Both the position numbers and the translations under genes were made by a program. From Minisyncoccota bacterium (GTDB lineage Bacteria; Patescibacteriota; Minisyncoccia; SW-4-49-11), in assembly GCA_032117235.1 (NCBI GenBank), contig JAULZW010000006.1, forward strand, positions 2,532 through 66,531: DNA of 64,000 nt, read 5' to 3'. Within the stretch, counting starts at the first letter, position 1. Each line of letters starts with the position of its first letter. Positions 57,536 to 64,000 of the stretch are shown here, piece after piece. The notes under the pieces were generated by a model, which saw only the letters and a list, made by a program, of their open reading frames with translations, had not been told where the DNA came from and searched no databases.

Positions 57536-58498
57536 ATGGAAACAAAATATAAGGTTTTAATAGTGGAAGATGATCCATTAATTAGACAAATTTATACTGA
57601 AAGGCTGAGTGCAGATCAAGATATTGATGTTTTTACAGCAGAAGATGGCTTAGATGGGTTAAATAAAATTAAGGAACAAAAATACAATTTAATTTTTTCT
57701 GGTATACAAATGCCAAATAAGACTGGGTTTGAACTATTTCAAGATTTACAAAATGATGTAGAGCTATCTAATATTCCATTTGTTATATTTAGTCATTTAG
57801 GTAGAGTTGAAGATATACAAACAGCAAAAGAATTAGGAATAGATAACTTTATAATTAGGGGTAGTACTACTCCAGATGAAGTAGCAATGACAATCAAACA
57901 TATTATTAGTAAACATAATATGTTTGAGAGTTTAGCTATAAAACAATATAAAATATTAATTGTTGAGGATAATTCTGAGATAAGAGCTACATATAGAGAT
58001 AGATTTGTTCAAAGCCCACAAATTATAGTAGAAGAAGCGATAGATGGACTAGATGGATTGAATAAAATTAAAACAAATAAATATGATTTGGTATTTTCTG
58101 GTATTTATATGCCTAATCAAACAGGGTTTGAACTATTCCAAGAAGTTCAAAATTTGGTAGATAAGAAAGATATTCCTATAGTTTTATTTAGTCATTGGGG
58201 TAGACCCGAGGATATAGAAAGGGCTAAAGAATTAGGTGTAAAATATTTTATTATAAGAGGTCAAAATACTCCTAATGATATTTTTAATCAAATATTATCT
58301 ATTTTAAGTGTTAATGATCAAATGTATAAACTTGTAATTAAAAAAGACTCCTTAGATTACTCTAAATTTGTTGCAAGATTTTATCCAAATTATATTATTG
58401 AAAATTTGGATAATGATGACATTTCAGTTAGAGTTATTTTAAGTGAGAATTCAAAGCCATTTAAATTCTTTATAGAATTAGATGATATAAATAAATAA
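57536..58498 (+). CDS. Tandem double receiver-domain protein in which both phospho-acceptor positions are Gly (pseudo-receiver), with no output domain
   Basis: Two CheY-like repeats: 'KVLIVEDD...NLIFSGIQMP...IPFVIFSH...FIIRG' and 'KILIVEDN...DLVFSGIYMP...IPIVLFSH...FIIRG'. Gly replaces the canonical Asp and Arg replaces the conserved Lys. Confidence 0.65.
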   Translation: METKYKVLIVEDDPLIRQIYTERLSADQDIDVFTAEDGLDGLNKIKEQKYNLIFSGIQMPNKTGFELFQDLQNDVELSNIPFVIFSHLGRVEDIQTAKELGIDNFIIRGSTTPDEVAMTIKHIISKHNMFESLAIKQYKILIVEDNSEIRATYRDRFVQSPQIIVEEAIDGLDGLNKIKTNKYDLVFSGIYMPNQTGFELFQEVQNLVDKKDIPIVLFSHWGRPEDIERAKELGVKYFIIRGQNTPNDIFNQILSILSVNDQMYKLVIKKDSLDYSKFVARFYPNYIIENLDNDDISVRVILSENSKPFKFFIELDDINK

Positions 58499-58509
58499 TA
58501 TTTTTCAAT

Positions 58510-60342
58510 ATGAAAGCAAAATATCAGTGGCATATTAATAAACCTATAACTAAGGATATCTTATCTCAGTATCCAGAATTAAATCCAATTATATTGCAGT
58601 TGTTATGGAATAGAGACATTAACGATGTTAAGGATATTGATAATTTCATCAATTCTGACTATCAAGATCTATTGAACCCTTTTTTAATACTAGATATGAA
58701 AAAAAGTATAGAAAGAATTATTGAAGCTATTAAAAATAAAGAGAAAATAATTATATTTGGAGATTATGATGCTGATGGAGTTACGGGTAGCACAATATTG
58801 TATCAAGCTATTAAAACAACATTTCTAGCATTACATCAACAAGGTAAATTAGATTTAGGAACTACTCTAAATAAAGAGGTATCTAATTTTATAGAAGTAT
58901 ATATTCCAGACAGACATAAAGAGGGATATGGACTAAAAGATAATGGAGTTAATTATATATTAGAATCTCAAGCTAAATTAGTTTTAACCGTAGATTGTGG
59001 AGTTAGAAGCGAAGAAGAAATTAGAGTTATACAGAGTGCAGGAATCGATGTTATTGTTATTGATCATCATTCTGTGCCAGAGGAAATGCCACCAGCTTTT
59101 GGTATTATTGTGCCGAAAAGAAAGGGAGACCCATATCCATTTAAAGATTTATGTGGAGCTGGACTTGCTTTTAAAGTTATTACCGCGCTTTTAACGGAAG
59201 CTAGAACGCAATTAGGTTATGATTTTATACCATTAGGTTATGAAAAGTGGTTATTGGATTTAACAGCAATAGGAACTATTGCCGATATGGTGCCTTTGGT
59301 AGGAGAAAACAGAATTATTGTTAGGTATGGTCTATATGTTCTAGGTAAAACTCGAAATATTGGACTAAAATCCTTAATGGATAATATAGGCATAACTACA
59401 GAGGTAGATGAAATTGATGGTATAGATGCTAATAGTATTAGTGTTTATTCTGTAGGTTTTCAAATAGCTCCACGTATTAATGCGGCTGGTAGAATTGCTC
59501 ATGCCAATCAAGCCTTTAAGTTATTTACTACTGATGATACATCTGAAGCTTTAGAATTAGCTGAAGAACTTCAAAAATTAAATGATAATCGTAAATCTCT
59601 AACTGAAAATATCTTAAACGAAGTAGAAGCTAGAATCTCTAAATATGAGAATATACAAAATCAGGCTCTTATTTTTGAAGGAGACAAAAATTGGTCAATT
59701 GGAGTTTTGGGTATAGTAGCCTCTAGGCTTGCAGAAAAATATTATAGACCAGTAGTCTTGTATCAAGAACAATTACATCATTGTGTGTCATCTGCTCGTA
59801 GTATTCCTGAATTTGATATTTCAAAAACATTACAAAAAATGGAACCTATCTTAATTTCTGGAGGAGGCCATAGTCAAGCCGCTGGATTAACATTTGATAA
59901 TCACAGGAAAGAAGAAATTAAAGACTTCTTTATAGAGCAAATTAGAGAGCAAGTAGACATTAATAATCTCCAACCATATAAACATATAGATATGGAAGTC
60001 AATGCTCAAGATATTGATTGGGAGCTATATGATACTTTTTATAAATTATCTCCATTTGGAATGAATAATTCAGTACCAATATTTTTAGTGAGAAAATTAA
60101 GAATATTAGATATAAAGTTTATAGGAGATGATAAAAAACATATTAAATTAAAAATATCATCAGAATCTCAATTAGGAACTCCATTAATTATAAATGCAAT
60201 TGGATTTAACTTTGGAAATATTATAGATAAAATACATCGTAATGACATTATTGACTTGGTGTTTAAATTAGAAGTGAATGAGTGGAACGGAAACAGAGAA
60301 TTACAATTAAATATTGTAGATATAGCATCTAGTGAAAGTTAA
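58510..60342 (+). CDS. recJ: Single-stranded-DNA-specific exonuclease RecJ
   Basis: DHH motifs 'IIFGDYDADGVTG', 'DHH' ('VIDHHS') and DHHA1 'GGGHSQAAG'. Confidence 0.9.
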   Translation: MKAKYQWHINKPITKDILSQYPELNPIILQLLWNRDINDVKDIDNFINSDYQDLLNPFLILDMKKSIERIIEAIKNKEKIIIFGDYDADGVTGSTILYQAIKTTFLALHQQGKLDLGTTLNKEVSNFIEVYIPDRHKEGYGLKDNGVNYILESQAKLVLTVDCGVRSEEEIRVIQSAGIDVIVIDHHSVPEEMPPAFGIIVPKRKGDPYPFKDLCGAGLAFKVITALLTEARTQLGYDFIPLGYEKWLLDLTAIGTIADMVPLVGENRIIVRYGLYVLGKTRNIGLKSLMDNIGITTEVDEIDGIDANSISVYSVGFQIAPRINAAGRIAHANQAFKLFTTDDTSEALELAEELQKLNDNRKSLTENILNEVEARISKYENIQNQALIFEGDKNWSIGVLGIVASRLAEKYYRPVVLYQEQLHHCVSSARSIPEFDISKTLQKMEPILISGGGHSQAAGLTFDNHRKEEIKDFFIEQIREQVDINNLQPYKHIDMEVNAQDIDWELYDTFYKLSPFGMNNSVPIFLVRKLRILDIKFIGDDKKHIKLKISSESQLGTPLIINAIGFNFGNIIDKIHRNDIIDLVFKLEVNEWNGNRELQLNIVDIASSES

Positions 60343-60385
60343 AATATTTGCTCTTTTATCAAAAAATCTTTATAATGAAAAGTAT

Positions 60386-60713
60386 CCAATAAGAATGGTA
60401 ATCGCGCATATCCATTTTATGGTGAGTGAGGAAAGTCTGGACACCTGTTGCTTAAAAACAATAAATGATAGTGGGTAACACCCATCCTTAAGTTTACTTA
60501 AGCGGGATAAGTATCGCAGAGACAAAACATTTGAGTATAACTCATCTAAGGTGAAAAGAGATAAACCCTATCAGGTGCAAGGCCGTGCTTTTCTTAATTG
60601 AAAAGAGTGCCGCCAAGAAAGTGCTGGTAACAGTACTTCAAGATAAATGATTACCTTAAGTATTATTGCTAGACAATATGCTTAAACAGAATCCAGCTTA
60701 TATTCTTTATTGG
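60386..60713 (+). ncRNA. rnpB: RNase P RNA (bacterial type, reduced size)
   Basis: P4 strands 'GAGGAAAGTCTGGAC' and 'ACAGAATCCAGCTTA'. P1 pairs CCAATAAGAATGG with ATTCTTTATTGG. A TATAAT -10 lies at 60371-60376. Confidence 0.8.
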
Positions 60714-60739
60714 GTACTATATATCACCAATATAATAAT

Positions 60740-62158
60740 ATGAATAGATTTGAGCTATTATTCAGTGCAGTTCGAGTGCCAATAGATTTTATTTTAATCA
60801 TTTTAGCTGGATTTATATCATATCAGATTAGAATTTCTAGCTTTGCAATAGAAGCAAGACCTATTATATATGATCTTAGTAATAGCTGGTATAATGGCTT
60901 TGTTCTAATATTTGCTGTAATAACCATTTTTATTTTAGCTTTATCAGGGATGTATGTTACAAAAAGAACTCGTACTATAGTAATAGAGTTTTATAGAATT
61001 TTAAGCTCAGTTTCAACTACAACTTTAATTATAATTCTATATTATTTCTTTTACTCCAGAGACATATTTTCATCAAGATTTCTAATAATTTCAATTTGGA
61101 CATTATCAATAGGATTTCTTTTATTGGGAAGAGTAAGTTTACATTTAATACAAGATTATATCACCAAAAAATACAAATGGGGTATACATAAAGTAGCCAT
61201 TATAGTCGGTAATAATATAGCGGGCAAATTACTTTTAGACACACTTAATACAAAATCATCGGGATTAGGTTATCAAATCGTAGAAATTCAAAAAGAGCTA
61301 AACTTAAAAAGTTTAAGACATTTAATAATTACCAAACAAATTGACGAAGTAATACTAGCCGACACTAATCTAGAACAAGAACAATTAATCAAAATCAACT
61401 ATCTCTGTGAAGAATATAAAATAGATTTTCAATATGTACCCAATATATTCGATATGTATACCCAAGTAGAAGTCAGAAATCTATCAGGAGTATTATTATT
61501 CAGAGTCAAGAGAACTACTCTGGAAGGATGGGGAAGTATATATAAAAGAATATTTGACATTTTAGTAGCAAGTTTAGCCATAATTATATTATCTCCAATA
61601 TATATATTAACAATCATAGCCATCAAATTAGATTCTCCAGGTCCAATCTTGTATAAAAATCGTAGAGTAGGTGTAGGGAAGAAAATATTCAATGTCTATA
61701 AATTTAGAAGTATGTATCAGGACTTATGTACAGATGAGAGTAATTCCGCCTCAATAGAGTTAGAACAGAAGCTTCTAGCCGAGAAAAACACAAAATCAGG
61801 ACCATTATATAAAATAAAAGACGACCCAAGAGTGACTAGACTAGGAAAATTTATAAGAAAAACTAGTATCGATGAATTACCTCAGTTCTTGAATGTAATA
61901 CAAGGGACAATGAGTCTAGTAGGTCCAAGACCACATCAACCACGAGAAGTAGATAAATATAAGCAACATCATAAAAAGGTATTAACAATTAAACCAGGTA
62001 TTACAGGGATGGCACAAGTCAATGGAAGATCCGATTTAAGTTTTGAGGAAGAGGTGTTATATGACACTTTTTACATAGAAAACTGGAGTATATGGCTAGA
62101 TATAATTATATTACTCAAAACCCCGTGGGCAGTTATAGCACCAAGAAAAGCCGATTAA
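60740..62158 (+). CDS. Exopolysaccharide polyprenyl glycosylphosphotransferase (bacterial sugar transferase, WbaP/CpsE-like)
   Basis: N-terminal TM helices, then the C-terminal 'FDILVASLAIIILSPIYIL...KFRSM...DELPQFLNVIQGTMSLVGPRP'. The Met at 60740 avoids overlap with rnpB. Confidence 0.85.
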   Translation: MNRFELLFSAVRVPIDFILIILAGFISYQIRISSFAIEARPIIYDLSNSWYNGFVLIFAVITIFILALSGMYVTKRTRTIVIEFYRILSSVSTTTLIIILYYFFYSRDIFSSRFLIISIWTLSIGFLLLGRVSLHLIQDYITKKYKWGIHKVAIIVGNNIAGKLLLDTLNTKSSGLGYQIVEIQKELNLKSLRHLIITKQIDEVILADTNLEQEQLIKINYLCEEYKIDFQYVPNIFDMYTQVEVRNLSGVLLFRVKRTTLEGWGSIYKRIFDILVASLAIIILSPIYILTIIAIKLDSPGPILYKNRRVGVGKKIFNVYKFRSMYQDLCTDESNSASIELEQKLLAEKNTKSGPLYKIKDDPRVTRLGKFIRKTSIDELPQFLNVIQGTMSLVGPRPHQPREVDKYKQHHKKVLTIKPGITGMAQVNGRSDLSFEEEVLYDTFYIENWSIWLDIIILLKTPWAVIAPRKAD

Positions 62159-62238
62159 TATAATTATAAAAATTTGCTAAAAATTAATAAATGTGATATA
62201 ATTCAAAATATAAAGTATAAAAAATAAATATAGAATAT

Positions 62239-64000
62239 ATGGGAAGGGCATTTGAATCAAACTTTAGTAGGGAGTATGATGATACGGAGAGAATTTCAGA
62301 GGTTGGTTTTTATAGTTCCGGTATAAAGTTTATAAATAAACAATATAGAAACATAGGCCTAATTTTAGGCATTACAGACGAAACAGATTTAAATAATCTT
62401 AAAAAACAAGCTAAGGATGAAAGAAAATTACCAAATATAAATGAAGAGCCTAATTTAGAGGAAATTAATTTATATAGATTGCATTATAATTTATTGGCAC
62501 TAACACAAGATGAATATAAATTATTATCAATCCACTCTACAGGAATTGAGAGTGGTGTTGAGCAGGTAAGCCTAGAAGAAGAAATTTCTACTCCTGAGGG
62601 AGTGCAAATAAAAGAAAAACAGACAGCAGTAATAGATCCTGAAATACATAATGGAGATGAAGGGGACGAAGTGTTAGATAATATTTTAAATAAATATTTA
62701 CCGGAGGATGAACTTGATAAGCGGGGGGGGGCAACAACTCTTGAGGTCCCAGCTGAACATGATCCTAGGCAAGATGAAAGCGTGTCAACAACTGAAGCAA
62801 ATCCTTCCGAATTAGATTCAGAGACACAAAAACTACTTGATGGATTGCCTGGAGAAGAAGCATTAGCGCAAGAATTAAATGGTTTAGTTGATAGTATTGT
62901 TGAACAAGAAACGGGAGGTAAATTAGCTAGAATAGAGAGTGGAATATATCCTGGTGAAGGAGAATTAGAAACCCTTGATAAGAGTGCAGAAATTGAACAA
63001 GAGAAACAAGAATCTCTTCAAGCTATTGCTACATATCAACAATTTGCCCAAGAGCATCCTTTCCATACCCGAGATCAGGCAAAAAATGAGAGATATCGTG
63101 CATTAGAGAGATCTGCTTGGGAAGCTCTGAATAAACTTGCGCATATTAATGGAGGAGAAATCTTTGCTCTTCCGCAAAATAGAGATATATATTTATCACA
63201 TCCAGAAGCAGAAGTAAAAAATATAAAAGATTATCTAGAATCACAAGGATATGGATTTGATGGAAATGGAAATATTATTACCATTAAACATCATAGTAAA
63301 AATATAGAATTAAATCGACCTTATAGTATCTCAGATTTGATAGATAAACCTCGACCAGCTCATATACTTACAGATATTAATTTAGATGCAGTAGATTCTG
63401 ACTTACATCATACAGGCTATGTATTGCCAGGACTTAATCCACAAACTTCAGACTTTATTGTCAGTACACTCAGTAAAGATGAATTTATAAAGAGAGTTAT
63501 TGTAAATGATCCTGGTATTGAGCAAGTACAAGATCCCGAAGGATCAGAAGAACAATCTGAAATAGTTTTCGAGGAAATAGAAAATGGTCGGTATTTCCCT
63601 ATTGATGAGGCTAAAAAAATAGGAGCTTCTTTAGAAGGAGAAGTTATTACACAAGATGAGCAATTAGAAACTAGCTCAAGAGCACAACTTGATGATTTGA
63701 GAACAGCTTATGCCAGAGCTGAGGAGGCTTGGAATAGAAAAAGAGGAGATGAAGATTTAGAAGAAGCTTTTGAATTAGCAAGAGAAGCTTATAATACAGA
63801 ATTAGAGAGAGTATTAAAATTACAAATAGCAGAAGGACAAGAAGCTAATATCCATAAGATTTTCCAAGACGAGGTTAGTAGACTTAGAGACAGTAGGATA
63901 GGTCAGTCCCAAGAGCTACAAGGTAAATGGGAGAAAAAATTTAATGGGGCTAAAGAAAGATTTTTAGGCTGGGCAACCAAAAACAAAACTCGTTGGATGT
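62239..64000 (+). CDS. Large acidic hypothetical protein (5' part; runs off the window end). It contains a G9 homopolymer.
   Basis: There is no stop from the ATG at 62239 to the window end, giving more than 585 codons. It is absent from the ORF track, presumably because it has no stop. The product is rich in Glu/Asp. Confidence 0.45.
   Translation, partial: MGRAFESNFSREYDDTERISEVGFYSSGIKFINKQYRNIGLILGITDETDLNNLKKQAKDERKLPNINEEPNLEEINLYRLHYNLLALTQDEYKLLSIHSTGIESGVEQVSLEEEISTPEGVQIKEKQTAVIDPEIHNGDEGDEVLDNILNKYLPEDELDKRGGATTLEVPAEHDPRQDESVSTTEANPSELDSETQKLLDGLPGEEALAQELNGLVDSIVEQETGGKLARIESGIYPGEGELETLDKSAEIEQEKQESLQAIATYQQFAQEHPFHTRDQAKNERYRALERSAWEALNKLAHINGGEIFALPQNRDIYLSHPEAEVKNIKDYLESQGYGFDGNGNIITIKHHSKNIELNRPYSISDLIDKPRPAHILTDINLDAVDSDLHHTGYVLPGLNPQTSDFIVSTLSKDEFIKRVIVNDPGIEQVQDPEGSEEQSEIVFEEIENGRYFPIDEAKKIGASLEGEVITQDEQLETSSRAQLDDLRTAYARAEEAWNRKRGDEDLEEAFELAREAYNTELERVLKLQIAEGQEANIHKIFQDEVSRLRDSRIGQSQELQGKWEKKFNGAKERFLGWATKNKTRWM

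Noticed and set aside
1-64000. A CRISPR array, or IS/transposase or integrase genes
   Set aside because: There are no regularly spaced direct repeats and no transposase- or integrase-like ORFs anywhere in the window. The tRNA-associated repeats have no recombinase within this window.

Overview
This window is AT-rich (roughly 30% GC by eye), almost entirely coding, and uses standard-code stops: nearly all are TAA, a few are TAG, and TGA is seen only once as a terminator. Its content resembles a reduced Candidate Phyla Radiation (Patescibacteria) chromosome; this assignment is inferred from sequence composition and gene content only. Housekeeping genes that are recognisable from motifs are uppS, mltG, tsaD, folD, glyA, aspS, topA, gap, eno, ftsK and recJ, plus a partial dcw cluster (mraZ-rsmH-ftsL-ftsI-murF) and an rnpB gene (RNase P RNA). 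There are four tRNAs: Ser-GCT, Ile-GAT, Pro-TGG and Ser-TGA. Non-routine content is as follows. (1) A tight five-gene minus-strand operon at 22.8-28.7 kb encodes membrane and secreted proteins, including a VirB6/TrbL-like polytopic protein and a PrgI/VirB3-like protein. This is a candidate type-IV-secretion-related surface apparatus, and no ATPase gene lies in the window. (2) A modular, GC-rich, hairpin-dense repeat element occurs three times: a full copy at about 11.6-11.8 kb and partial copies at 12.5 kb and 38.1 kb. The copies show compensatory stem changes, and the two partial copies sit beside the two tRNA-Ser genes. Both tRNA-Ser genes also carry direct repeats of their own 3' ends (a degenerate tandem pseudo-tRNA and att-like repeats). 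(3) A roughly 40-nt conserved promoter cassette (TTGTAS-N17-TAGAAT with an invariant GGGGAAATGGGG-containing spacer) precedes three unrelated genes. (4) Two genes are interrupted by single in-frame stops. One is a TGA exactly at the conserved Gly of the GDFN motif of an EEP-family nuclease. The other is a TAG immediately after the HAE zinc motif of a CMP/dCMP-type deaminase. (5) A DNA methyltransferase plus a candidate restriction endonuclease lie next to tRNA-Ser(TGA). (6) Three secreted cell-wall enzymes (an amidase_2/PGRP amidase, an RlpA-like protein and a subtilisin) share a roughly 65-70-aa repeat module. (7) One protein consists of two tandem receiver domains that both lack the phospho-acceptor Asp. 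(8) An MraZ operator with GTGG direct repeats lies at the mraZ promoter. (9) A G9 homopolymer sits inside a long acidic ORF at the window end. (10) An orphan ORF at 41.9-42.5 kb is anomalously GC-rich.
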